Below, one piece after another: positions 18,280 to 27,585 of a DNA stretch of 64,000 nt. Below the pieces are notes generated by a model. It was given only the letters and a program-made list of their open reading frames with translations. It had not been told where the DNA came from and searched no databases. Both the position numbers and the translations under genes were made by a program. Where the stretch lies: positions 1 to 64,000 of IMG/VR virus record IMGVR_UViG_3300023371_001771; one strand, written 5' to 3'. The stretch comes from a virus (Duplodnaviria; Heunggongvirae; Uroviricota; Caudoviricetes). The stretch's first letter is position 1, and every line of letters starts with the position of its first letter.

Positions 18280-18494
18280 TATTCAAACCTCCATTCGTCA
18301 GGAAACATCATCCAACCATTACGCATCATATCTTCAAACTGAATGCAATAGCATTGATTCTGTTCATATGCGTTAAGATTACACCATAAAAATCCTGTGT
18401 GGTTGTATCTATCTTCTGCTTCTTTCCATACTGTATTTACAAACTCCAAATGACTCATACACTGTCCAGTTTTAACATTTATAAATTTTAACAT
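18279..18494 (-). CDS. hypothetical protein
   Basis: ORF in the array. Confidence 0.45.
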   Translation of the reverse strand: MLKFINVKTGQCMSHLEFVNTVWKEAEDRYNHTGFLWCNLNAYEQNQCYCIQFEDMMRNGWMMFPDEWRFE

Positions 18495-18507
18495 TATTTA
18501 CTCCTCC

Positions 18508-18759
18508 TTATACGTTCAATGTTCCAGTTTCAATCATGATCACATGATAATTTTTAACAACAAAACTATACGAATAACCTACCGCACCAGGAGCCACACT
18601 CCACCCCATAGATTCTCTTACTCCAAAATAATCACATCTCTCTTCAAAATTCATGCTTTCCAATTCCCAAAATTCATCATCGTTCTCAAGTTCAAAAACA
18701 TGAATCTTTTCCGCAGTTTCATCCCAGCTGTTCCACTCAGATTCAAAAACCTTTTTCAT
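18508..18759 (-). CDS. hypothetical protein
   Basis: ORF in the array. Confidence 0.45.
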   Translation of the reverse strand: MKKVFESEWNSWDETAEKIHVFELENDDEFWELESMNFEERCDYFGVRESMGWSVAPGAVGYSYSFVVKNYHVIMIETGTLNV

Positions 18760-18760
18760 A

Positions 18761-19231
18761 CTATTTCTCCTTAAGCTGCATTTTCAAGTGCGCAATTTCA
18801 AGTCTCAGCTCACAATTATCTCTTGTAAGCCTATTAATCAAGCTTTCATTTCTTTCAGCCTTCTGAAGTCGTTCTTGTTTAATCTCGTCTTCACTGTACA
18901 TATCCCAATTTTCTTGAGTGTAATCGTGCATCACATCAAAGATGCTATAGTCAATGATTCCCTTGCTAATGATTTTATTAGTATCACAATCTACAATTAC
19001 ATACGCATTCCCCTCAAAATACATATAAATTAAAGACAAGTCATAATCATTATCAAACTTAGTTCTTTCAATGCGCTCTCCATACAACGGATCATCAGAT
19101 AAATTTCTTATGTCTGTAATCAGCATGTCATACTGGCCGCGCTTCTTTGGTTTCCATTCGCTCTTAACAATAGTTAACCAATCTTCATCAAATCCTAATC
19201 GTTCTAATTTTTTAATTGTTCTTATATCCAT
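18761..19231 (-). CDS. hypothetical protein
   Basis: ORF in the array with a coiled-coil C-terminus. Confidence 0.45.
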   Translation of the reverse strand: MDIRTIKKLERLGFDEDWLTIVKSEWKPKKRGQYDMLITDIRNLSDDPLYGERIERTKFDNDYDLSLIYMYFEGNAYVIVDCDTNKIISKGIIDYSIFDVMHDYTQENWDMYSEDEIKQERLQKAERNESLINRLTRDNCELRLEIAHLKMQLKEK

Positions 19232-19248
19232 TTAACATATCTCCTTTT

Positions 19249-19602
19249 TTAACAATATTTATCACAATACTTTTGAATCGCTTTTCTGTTTTCATTTGTG
19301 TCAATCCAGCCCAAATATTTTCTGTCAAAGTTTTCAGGAAGTTCTTCAATAGGAATAATTTTAACTCCATCTTTAATTGCTTGCTCTGTAGCCTTATCAT
19401 CATCAAAACATCCTACATCACTAATTGCTTCAATCTCCAACATTCCAGTTCCATCAAAGTTAAAAACCTCATAGCCCTTATTGCAACTTTCAGGTCCCCA
19501 ATCATAAACTATATCTTTAATTGCTTCCTCGTCGTTTCCATAATATCTCATCATTTGTTCGTATCTTTCTTTTGTCAAACCAAATTTACTCATAATAGCC
19601 AC
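19249..19602 (-). CDS. hypothetical protein
   Basis: ORF with the leader motif immediately upstream (19603-19623). Confidence 0.5.
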   Translation of the reverse strand: MAIMSKFGLTKERYEQMMRYYGNDEEAIKDIVYDWGPESCNKGYEVFNFDGTGMLEIEAISDVGCFDDDKATEQAIKDGVKIIPIEELPENFDRKYLGWIDTNENRKAIQKYCDKYC

Positions 19603-19623
19603 CTCAATTAATTTTGTACTGTT
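19603..19623 (-). promoter_or_regulatory. conserved leader motif copy
   Basis: aacagtacaaaattaattgag on the minus strand, directly upstream of gene 19249-19602. Confidence 0.5.
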
Positions 19624-20300
19624 TAATGCTGATGAAACACAACTGCTTTGAGCGCTTTAGACCAACATGCGCCACAAGCCGAGCAAGTAGATTCTCTTCC
19701 AGGACATACGAACGCGTTCTTAGGAAAGTCAGGATTCAAACGCTTGTCGTTAAAATCTACATACGCAACACCCAGTCCATGAGGATTAGGAACTTCCCAC
19801 AGCTTGTCCCAAGCGGAAAACATGATATTAAGATTGTCAGGCAGTTTTCCGTTCTTGTCAATGTAGTCATTTACAAGTTCGTACTGCTTAGTAAACGCCA
19901 TGTATTTAGTGCTAGGAGTTTTCTTACACAGATCCACAAGTCTTACCAGAAAAGCCATATCAGGGAAATCACCGCTATCGAAAATTCTCACCTTAGGAAG
20001 TCCAGAAAACTTTACCTTGTAATAAACCTGTTCAAAGAAATTGTCAGGATCGTCATAGTACAGTCTAAGGTTTCTGTAATATGCTGCCTGTACATTCGCC
20101 ATTTGCTGAAATCCCTTACATGCATAGCAAGTTGACTTACAAGGTGCATCATTACGACAAGTACATACTGGAAATGCAAGATTCAAACAAGCTGCGCCAG
20201 TCTTGCTGTTCTTATTAGCCATGTTAATTTCATTACTCTTGTTTGCGAGAAAATCAATATACTCCTGTTTAGTTGCAAAAAATTCTTTATTCTGTTTCAT
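19623..20300 (-). CDS. Cys-rich protein with CX3CX2C motif (possible Fe-S/radical-SAM-like enzyme)
   Basis: CKSTCYAC (C-x3-C-x2-C) plus a C-terminal CPGRESTCSACGAC cluster. Trimmed to ATG after GGGAGG. Confidence 0.45.
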   Translation of the reverse strand: MKQNKEFFATKQEYIDFLANKSNEINMANKNSKTGAACLNLAFPVCTCRNDAPCKSTCYACKGFQQMANVQAAYYRNLRLYYDDPDNFFEQVYYKVKFSGLPKVRIFDSGDFPDMAFLVRLVDLCKKTPSTKYMAFTKQYELVNDYIDKNGKLPDNLNIMFSAWDKLWEVPNPHGLGVAYVDFNDKRLNPDFPKNAFVCPGRESTCSACGACWSKALKAVVFHQH

Positions 20301-20304
20301 GTTA

Positions 20305-20586
20305 TTATACCTCCCATTTTTCCATTTCTCTTTTAATTTCTCCATCAAACGGTTCATCTTCCAAGCTAACTCCATATGCCATGTAAATAGCTTCAAGAAT
20401 CATATCAGCAAACCCAATAAGTCCGTTCCAGCACAGATATTCTGCAAGAAATTCCTTACCAGACATGGATAAAATCTTTTCGTCTGGGGTAGTGTCATCT
20501 TCATCATAACCGAGGCGCTGACGCATATCCTTCATGACGAATTCGGGAATTCCAGGATGCTTGTCAATATAATAGTTAATATCCAT
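20305..20586 (-). CDS. hypothetical protein
   Basis: ORF in the array. Confidence 0.45.
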   Translation of the reverse strand: MDINYYIDKHPGIPEFVMKDMRQRLGYDEDDTTPDEKILSMSGKEFLAEYLCWNGLIGFADMILEAIYMAYGVSLEDEPFDGEIKREMEKWEV

Positions 20587-20870
20587 TATTCTTCCTCCTT
20601 ATATACTCCAATAATATGTTTGTGAGTATAATCCTCATCATCGGAATCTGCCCACACAAGACAATCTAGAACATCGTCATACGTTGCAAATTCCATTGTT
20701 CCATGTTTGACTTCATAGTGCGGCCTCACCAAACATACATCCTGAATAATTCTACCGTCCTTGTCCCGAATACAGATAATCATTTCTGGCGGAATTTCAG
20801 GTTGATTTCTGTCATCAATTTCTGCGACAATCTGATAGCTCCCAAACGGAATAATAAGTTTATTTTCCAT
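20586..20870 (-). CDS. hypothetical protein
   Basis: ORF in the array. Confidence 0.45.
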   Translation of the reverse strand: MENKLIIPFGSYQIVAEIDDRNQPEIPPEMIICIRDKDGRIIQDVCLVRPHYEVKHGTMEFATYDDVLDCLVWADSDDEDYTHKHIIGVYKEEE

Positions 20871-21241
20871 TACTCTTCCTCCATTTCAACAAATACATAA
20901 TCATCAATACCATTGATATCAGGGCAATGTCCTTTAAAATATTCCTTTACATATTGTGGGACAATATATTCATCATCACCGTCACTTCCGTTTTTATAAC
21001 AATTGAGCGGAATCGCAAAAGCAGATTCTCCTCCAGCATAATCAATCAAAATAAACCTAGAAGTGTATTCTGGGATTTCAATTACTCTTGCAAAATACCA
21101 TGCCTCTACGCTATGAGTATCTGGAATTTCGTCAGGCCAATCAACCCCTGGGTCGCATCCAAATTCAACCGTGTCTCCGTTTTTAAGAGTCAAAAGATGC
21201 TGGGCAAAATCATCGCACGTCATAGGCTGGATGTATTTCAT
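20870..21241 (-). CDS. hypothetical acidic protein
   Basis: ORF with an acidic C-terminus (VEMEEE). Confidence 0.45.
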   Translation of the reverse strand: MKYIQPMTCDDFAQHLLTLKNGDTVEFGCDPGVDWPDEIPDTHSVEAWYFARVIEIPEYTSRFILIDYAGGESAFAIPLNCYKNGSDGDDEYIVPQYVKEYFKGHCPDINGIDDYVFVEMEEE

Positions 21242-21744
21242 TCTTCTTCCTCCTCACAATCAAGCAGCTCTCCCCAACCAAAATATTCAATTTCTTCGTC
21301 TGTAAGGTCAATATTTCTGAATTTGGCGAGCGTTTCTTCTTCATCAAGTCGATACGATCCATAACAATCTGCAATATAGCACAGACAATCTCTAATGATT
21401 TGCATTGCTCGCTGGTAGTCAATTCCATCTCCACCAAGATAGATTTCTCTTGAAACATAAATCAGCAAATCATACGTTTCAACATGCGCCAATTCATTTG
21501 CGCATTGAAAAATTGCCTTTTCAAAGCTTCTTGTCATGAACAGAATTTTACCTACCGCTTCAGCTGCATCATGGCGATCATCTATTGCATTGAGCTGATC
21601 CTCGTACCATGCTTCGTCTCTAAATGCGTTCTGTCCGCATTCAACAACATACTGAATTGCTGTGCGGAAAATCACATCTCCTTTGCATATGTACTTGGCG
21701 CGAATTTTATCTAACTTCTGTTTAGATTCTGTGTAATTGTTCAT
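21238..21744 (-). CDS. hypothetical acidic protein
   Basis: ORF with a C-terminal DCEEEEE tail. Confidence 0.45.
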   Translation of the reverse strand: MNNYTESKQKLDKIRAKYICKGDVIFRTAIQYVVECGQNAFRDEAWYEDQLNAIDDRHDAAEAVGKILFMTRSFEKAIFQCANELAHVETYDLLIYVSREIYLGGDGIDYQRAMQIIRDCLCYIADCYGSYRLDEEETLAKFRNIDLTDEEIEYFGWGELLDCEEEEE

Positions 21745-21896
21745 AATTAAACCTCCTTAATGTGCGATCATTTTCCACAAATCAGAAATAATATCGTGAA
21801 TTGCGTTCGTAATTGCTTCTTTGTCATCAAATTGTTCGTCTGTAATGTAACCGAAATCTCTTAGACTGATTTGTTCTTCGTCGTCAATTGTAATAA

Positions 21897-22100
21897 TCAC
21901 TCTTGTGTCTGACATGACCCATCCTCCTCACTTACATTCATAGGCTGAACATCAATTATAAACTCCTCTGTGTCACATGGACTGATCGCACCAAGAAACA
22001 CTAAATTTCTTGCGGCACTTTGTGCTTCTTTGGCGCTACCTGCAACAACTTTTGTGATATACTTAGCTACTACTTCTACTGTTACTTCTCTTAGTGCCAT
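21897..22100 (-). CDS. hypothetical protein
   Basis: ORF in the array. Confidence 0.4.
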   Translation of the reverse strand: MALREVTVEVVAKYITKVVAGSAKEAQSAARNLVFLGAISPCDTEEFIIDVQPMNVSEEDGSCQTQE

Positions 22101-22112
22101 AATTAAACCCCC

Positions 22113-22607
22113 TTAGCCACCCCATCTCAAATTAGTCCACTTTCCATCATAGCAACCATATCGTCCGCCCACAATCATTTTATACACTGCACACAATCCT
22201 TCGTTCCACTTGTCACGGCTACCCTTGAACACGGTCATAGGATAAATCTGTTCTTTATAACTATCACCGCTACCAACATAATCAAGAAACCAGATGTCTT
22301 CAATTTGCTTTGCCTTATATACCATTGCTGGTTCAAGCGCCAAAAAAATCTTTTGACCATTGATATCAATTACCTTTTGAAGTCCAAAGTCCAATTCAAA
22401 CTTTGCGTTTCCAACATCTTCATCGTCGCAATCATAATCATTGTACTCTGCTTCTCCGTTTATAGTGGCGACGATCTCTGTTGCAAAAGTCCTCATTAAA
22501 CTTGTATTGTTACATAGAATGATGATGTTTTCTGTGATTGGACACAAAAGATTATTGTCGTCTTTCGTATCAAATCTTTCGTGATTAAATTTGATGCCGT
22601 TTACCAT
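22113..22607 (-). CDS. hypothetical protein
   Basis: ORF in the array. Confidence 0.45.
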   Translation of the reverse strand: MVNGIKFNHERFDTKDDNNLLCPITENIIILCNNTSLMRTFATEIVATINGEAEYNDYDCDDEDVGNAKFELDFGLQKVIDINGQKIFLALEPAMVYKAKQIEDIWFLDYVGSGDSYKEQIYPMTVFKGSRDKWNEGLCAVYKMIVGGRYGCYDGKWTNLRWGG

Positions 22608-22632
22608 GTTGTCACCTCTTCAAATTATCCTT

Positions 22633-22959
22633 TCACAAATTCTTGCAAGCATCAATGATTGCCTGTGCATTGTTAATCTGCGGCTGAAGATTTGCCTTTG
22701 CAGCTTCCTCAGTGAGCCACATCTCTCCACTAAGATATGTCTTCAGGTAAAATGCTTTTTCATTGGCAATACACTTTATCCTGCTGAGTTCTCTTACTTT
22801 TTCTCTAAGGGTATTATTAACGTCTGCCAACATTTCGCTAAGCTGTAATGCTGAAATATCGTCATAGCATACATAAAGATATCGCTTTAGAATATCTTCA
22901 ATCGAATTCAGGCTATCGTTTCCATTCAGCATGCCCAGCAGTCTTTCTCTGTCTGTCAT
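22633..22959 (-). CDS. hypothetical protein
   Basis: ORF in the array. Confidence 0.45.
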   Translation of the reverse strand: MTDRERLLGMLNGNDSLNSIEDILKRYLYVCYDDISALQLSEMLADVNNTLREKVRELSRIKCIANEKAFYLKTYLSGEMWLTEEAAKANLQPQINNAQAIIDACKNL

Positions 22960-23229
22960 ACTTTCACCTCATCAAATCGTCATTTTATTTCCTTTTCTAC
23001 ATCAATTACAACAGTTACTTTTGAACCCACCTTTATATGCTTACCAATAAATCCATTTAAGCAAACTACTGAATATCCATACTCGTCATCTTGCGTATCA
23101 ATATAGACATTATTTTCTGCTTTCCAGTATGTTCCTTCAAATACATATCTCATATTATCACCTCATAAAATTATCCTTTCAAGTCGTTATTATTTCATAT
23201 ACACTCATGAATTCCGTAAGCTCTCTTTA

Positions 23230-23553
23230 ACAGATTCATGTTTGAGCTGCATTGAACCTGGGAATGATCTCAGAACCGGGTGATAACCGGGTGACGAGAT
23301 CAGCGCCCAGGTGTTTGTGCAGCTCGGCTGAATTGAATTCCCTTGTGTATATTGGCGCTTATACCAAATTAAAATGCACTCTGTATTTCCGTAGATATTT
23401 CTTTACAAGTTCCATATTCGGATCAATCTGAGAAAGTTACCAGCAAGGAAGCCGGGTAGATAAACCGGCTGTAATGCTGGTAAATTGAGCTTGAGGATTG
23501 ATCGGAGTTAAATTGAAACACCTTATGCATTCGCAGTATCTATCTGCGTTATG
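23230..23553. repeat. tandem ~170-bp units (2 copies): conserved ~90-bp module plus unit-specific long hairpin (array A)
   Basis: Hairpins at 23244-23325 (nested: gagctgca/tgcagctc, cctggg/cccagg, gatctc/gagatc) and 23440-23480. Flanking modules share tGAATTGAATc ... cTTGTa ... tttcAT motifs with array B. Confidence 0.6.
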
Positions 23554-24486
23554 TTAATAGCCCTTTACTCCAAGCTCATGCATTCTATTAGCATAGTTGA
23601 AATTATTGTCCTTAATTACCTTCTTCATCAGCGCAAACATTCTCCAACCTTCTCCCCTATATTCGTTAAGCTTGTATTTAAGCTCCTGCATAGACCCATA
23701 ATTGGTAAGCGTTCCATTGTTATCTTTAATTACACAGTCGTGATACATTACCAGATTCTTAAGCGTATAATAAGCACCTTCTCCCTTGAAAGCATCAACC
23801 CATGCCTTGCTTTTGCGAGTTTCATAAGGAAGCTTAATCATGTCCTTCATAAAGTCCTTAAGATAACCATACAGTGAAGCGTAACTAACTGCATACTTAA
23901 GATACACAATCTTACTCATCAGCGGACGATACAGTTTCTTGTTCAAATCCTCTACAAAGATGTCAATTCCATTTACTCTCTTGTAAGGAACTCCCTTGCA
24001 CTTCTTAGTAGGAAGCTTATCAACATAATCCTTGAGTTTTTCCACATAATCACATGCCACATCAATAACAACTTCCTTGGTGAAGAAGTGGCTTCTTTCA
24101 TCAAAGCTTTCCTTGTCGCTGATTTCAAGGCAGCTAAGCACTCTTACTTCTTCGAGCATCATATCGAAAGTGTACTGATAGCCGTACATTCTATGAAGGT
24201 AATCAGTGTAGCCCTCATGCATTCCATCATAGGACTTCCAATTCAACATCTGGAACATCTGAGCCATTACGAACCTTCTGTGAAGCTTGGTGTTCCTTAC
24301 ATATCCATTGGCGATAATCTGTTCTACAATGGGATCGGGTTCTTTGCCATTAACCACCACAGGCTGTCCATTTTCATCAATAATCAGATGAATCTTGGTT
24401 CCATTGTCAAGGTCCACAGTGAAGTACTTGCTGGTGTTGATGCCTGCCTGGTTCAATTTTTCCATTCTTTCTTTCTTGTTCAACAT
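23554..24486 (-). CDS. hypothetical protein
   Basis: 310-aa ORF lying between the two hairpin arrays. Confidence 0.5.
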   Translation of the reverse strand: MLNKKERMEKLNQAGINTSKYFTVDLDNGTKIHLIIDENGQPVVVNGKEPDPIVEQIIANGYVRNTKLHRRFVMAQMFQMLNWKSYDGMHEGYTDYLHRMYGYQYTFDMMLEEVRVLSCLEISDKESFDERSHFFTKEVVIDVACDYVEKLKDYVDKLPTKKCKGVPYKRVNGIDIFVEDLNKKLYRPLMSKIVYLKYAVSYASLYGYLKDFMKDMIKLPYETRKSKAWVDAFKGEGAYYTLKNLVMYHDCVIKDNNGTLTNYGSMQELKYKLNEYRGEGWRMFALMKKVIKDNNFNYANRMHELGVKGY

Positions 24487-24506
24487 AATATCATTCTCCT
24501 TATCTT

Positions 24507-24974
24507 TTAATTATTTTCAATCCACTTTCTTAGAATTACTAGATCTTTATCATTCTTTGACTGGTAAAACCACTTACCCATAGTCTTTTCATCCCACACA
24601 AAGCTGCCTTCAAGCGCAATGCATAGGATAAATCCTTCAAGCCGTGCTTTTGTAATCTCCCTCCTGTTCGCCAAAAATAATCTTTCATCAGGAATCTCTT
24701 CAATTGGCAGCGCTTTGAAGTATGTTCGTCTCTTATTATCACTCCTTTCACTTGGTAGAGAATACTTATATCTGTCATATAATACATCAATCGTTCCAAG
24801 AACAAGTTCCATCGTTGTAGGATCTCCTTTACGATTAAACAAATTCCTTGAAGTATCATATTCTCCGTTCTTAATCAGATAATCATTGCCGACTTTCATT
24901 GTTCGCTTCTCAAAGTCAATATGGAACGTCTCTCCGTTTTCAACTCTTAAAAGCAGCTCTTCATAAATTGTCAT
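24507..24974 (-). CDS. hypothetical protein
   Basis: ORF trimmed to ATG after AAGGAGG. Hairpin unit H1 lies immediately upstream. Confidence 0.5.
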   Translation of the reverse strand: MTIYEELLLRVENGETFHIDFEKRTMKVGNDYLIKNGEYDTSRNLFNRKGDPTTMELVLGTIDVLYDRYKYSLPSERSDNKRRTYFKALPIEEIPDERLFLANRREITKARLEGFILCIALEGSFVWDEKTMGKWFYQSKNDKDLVILRKWIENN

Positions 24975-25028
24975 TGTCTTACCTCCTTTTTGATAGATGC
25001 TCAACAGTTTTGGTATATATCTTTAGAA

Positions 25029-25712
25029 GTCTCATATATCCTGAAGCGAGGCTCGTATTGGAGGCAGCCCCTGAAAGATAATTCGGCTGGCAGCCTCCTA
25101 ATGCGAGACGTTATAGCTTCAGGAAATTGAATCAACTGCCTTGCTATCTACTGCTATACTGCATAGATTACTCATAATACTGGTGTGTTCCTTTACCTGT
25201 TTCATGTTTGACTGCGCATGCCAGATTTAAGGCCATGATGGCAGGATGATAACCCTGCGATCTGGCCTGTGATCTGGGTTAATGAGCAGTCGTCTGAATT
25301 CTATTACCTTGTAATCCATCGTCACACTACGAATTAAATTACTCAACAACATTGGTGCATTTCTCTAGTTGTTTCATATAAGAGGCAAATGCCTGCGTGA
25401 GAGACGGGATAATTCTGAGGTCTCAGTGTGTTATCCCGTTGGGCACGCAGGTCTACTTGCCTTCTATTGAATCTAGTTGTCTTGTAATTCACTGTTGCAC
25501 TACATCATTACTCATAGCCATTGTGCGTTTCTTTAACTGTCTCATATTGGGGAATTATTTCAGCGACCTGGCATGGGAGCTGGAGCAATTTGAAACTTGC
25601 GTGCGCCTTCAAAGTGATAGCGACTAGGCGCAGCCAGTTTCAATGCGTAATAATTCCCCAGTTGAATCTCGGCTACATTGTAATTTGCTTTTGTCGCACT
25701 CCAAAATGTCAA
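25029..25712. repeat. tandem array of four ~170-bp units: conserved ~90-bp module plus unit-specific long imperfect hairpin (array B), immediately downstream of the RT gene
   Basis: Unit starts at about 25029, 25199, 25366 and 25540. Hairpins at 25040-25123 (27-bp arms that are near-identical inverted copies with 3 mismatches), around 25211-25290, 25392-25451 (nested cctgcgtg/cacgcagg) and 25589-25644. Conserved module reads ...tGAATTGAATC...cTTGTAAT...ATTACTCAtAA..cattgGTG..tTTCTcTAactGTtTCATaT. Confidence 0.7.
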
Positions 25713-26972
25713 TCACATGCTTCTCACCAAAGTGTCATAAACTGCTCTGTTTGTGAGGATTGCATTCTGCATGCAGCGGATTGACAGATAACCGTCAATT
25801 TCCTTGTCGGTTTTATTTCTGTTCGCCGCTACATTTTTGCCCGTCCCTCTTAAGATGGTGTAATCTTCTTTATCACTTACACTACCAAGACCTCCAATCT
25901 TTTTCTTATTTGTTGCACAGGCTCTAATGCAATCCATTACGAACTGATTCAAAATGTCAATATCTTTTTGTACATTAATGATGGGAAGCACTGAAGTTGC
26001 CCACGAATACTTGCCATCTCCTTTATACAAATAAGATTGAACTTGATTGAGCGCTCGCTTCATGGAAATATTGCGCTGCTTGATTGTCCGAGATTCAATC
26101 TCTTTTTGAAAACTCTTTACGCGAGACTTGGCAAGTGTAATTTGATTTCCTTTGATATAGAAACCAAGGAACTTAAACCACCTGTCTTTCGTAAGAATCT
26201 CAACTTTCTTTGGATTCAATTCGAGTTCCATTTCATCAAGCATTCTCTTAATGGCTGCGTATGCTTGCTCCCACTCATTTCCTAGTGCCAACAAATCATC
26301 TGAATATCTAACATAGTAAACATTCATATCACTTATTGCCTTGTCAATGGGATACAACACTGCATCAGCCAAGAAGCTTGCCACAGCGCAACCTTGTTTC
26401 AAAGACTGATAATGTTCAATCAGTTCTCCATTGAAGTCAAAGCACAAATCTGCATGATAGTATTTCCTTACAACATCAATGATCTTTGACTTACCAACTT
26501 TCGATTCCATTCTGTCAAAGATGTCATCAATGTATCTGATAGGAACCCTATCAAAATACTTGGTCAGGTCTGCTTTCAGTCCAACCTCGCGAGTCTTTGT
26601 ATTAATCACCTGCCTTGATACTTCCTGTACAATCTTGCCGCAACCAATGCCGCTTTGGTATGATTTGCAACTCTTATGAACGAACTCAGGAAACATCTCA
26701 AAGAACAAATTGTTTGCAATGGATAAGAAGATTCGGTCTACATTTTCATTAACGTAAACAATTCTCATATCTCCATTGTCTTTAGGAATCTGTGCTTGGT
26801 GCGGCGGAGCGATTTCGTAATTATCAGTGATAATTGCATTGTACAGCGCAAGTCTAACTTCTGGAGATGTAAGTTTTCTTAATTCTCCCTTGTCGATGTG
26901 CTTGTCGACACCAACTTCAAGTGCCTGCTCCCAGCGTTCAGTTTCAAAAAACTTCTTCAACAAAATGTCCAA
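25713..26972 (-). CDS. reverse transcriptase (prokaryotic RT, unclassified lineage)
   Basis: RT motifs IPKDNGDMRIV (1), LKADLTKYFDRVP (3), QGCAVASFLADAVL (4), YVRYSDDLLAL (5, YxDD), LNPKK (6), FKFLGFYI (7). No maturase X domain and no obvious VTG motif. Confidence 0.8.
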   Translation of the reverse strand: MDILLKKFFETERWEQALEVGVDKHIDKGELRKLTSPEVRLALYNAIITDNYEIAPPHQAQIPKDNGDMRIVYVNENVDRIFLSIANNLFFEMFPEFVHKSCKSYQSGIGCGKIVQEVSRQVINTKTREVGLKADLTKYFDRVPIRYIDDIFDRMESKVGKSKIIDVVRKYYHADLCFDFNGELIEHYQSLKQGCAVASFLADAVLYPIDKAISDMNVYYVRYSDDLLALGNEWEQAYAAIKRMLDEMELELNPKKVEILTKDRWFKFLGFYIKGNQITLAKSRVKSFQKEIESRTIKQRNISMKRALNQVQSYLYKGDGKYSWATSVLPIINVQKDIDILNQFVMDCIRACATNKKKIGGLGSVSDKEDYTILRGTGKNVAANRNKTDKEIDGYLSIRCMQNAILTNRAVYDTLVRSM

Positions 26973-26984
26973 ATTTTCACCTCC

Positions 26985-27004
26985 CGTATTAATTTTGTGT
27001 TGTT
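26985..27004 (-). promoter_or_regulatory. conserved leader motif copy immediately upstream of the RT gene
   Basis: aacaacacaaaattaatacgggaggtg on the minus strand, then the RT ATG. Confidence 0.55.
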
Positions 27005-27007
27005 ACT

Positions 27008-27568
27008 TTAATACCATTCGTGATAGAACAGTGCTTCTTCGTCAGTCGGGTCTTCTTCGGAAACATGCTCATCAAATTCCGTGTTCATTTCCGCAATCCG
27101 TTCTGCGTCAAGGATGTAATAACCACAATTGTCTACATCTTCGAGGTTGTCATAGAACCACTGCTGCAGTTCATAATGCTTGCGCCAGTACGCTTCCTCT
27201 TCTTCATACCAGATGTAAGTAGGAACAGATCTGGTAATTGTATATTTCTCTTCAATTTCCTCTCTAGAAATGAACTGGCCTACATATTCGTCATTGTCAT
27301 TTCTTCCAGAGATACGTATTCCTTCATAAGAATACATTCCAATGCGTGAATTTTTCGGCAGCTTGTAATCTTCAATCATCTTTTCTTTGTTGTAATATTC
27401 TGTAAGTACATTTCTTACAACAGTATATGGAATAAGCTGTTCAAAATTCTCTTCTACTTCTTCAACAGCAACCATTGCATAACCCATGTTACTAATTTCT
27501 TCTACAGTGTACACCTTATCTTCAAGATCAGGTTTTCTTACACGTCTAACCCACATATCGAGTCCCAT
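27008..27568 (-). CDS. hypothetical Glu-rich acidic protein
   Basis: ORF upstream of the RT. The leader motif lies at 26985-27004 between them. Confidence 0.45.
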   Translation of the reverse strand: MGLDMWVRRVRKPDLEDKVYTVEEISNMGYAMVAVEEVEENFEQLIPYTVVRNVLTEYYNKEKMIEDYKLPKNSRIGMYSYEGIRISGRNDNDEYVGQFISREEIEEKYTITRSVPTYIWYEEEEAYWRKHYELQQWFYDNLEDVDNCGYYILDAERIAEMNTEFDEHVSEEDPTDEEALFYHEWY

Positions 27569-27585
27569 AATTAATCTCCTTTCTT

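Noticed and set aside
25029-25712. CRISPR array interpretation of the tandem units
   Set aside because: The repeated part is about 90 bp and only about 60-70% identical. The variable parts are self-complementary hairpins, not unique spacers. No cas genes are present.
23230-26972. Diversity-generating retroelement (template/variable repeat pair) or group II intron
   Set aside because: No near-identical repeat pair differing at adenines and no target gene with a C-terminal variable repeat. No domain V (GAGC...GAAA) or 5' GUGYG, and the RT lacks a maturase X domain.
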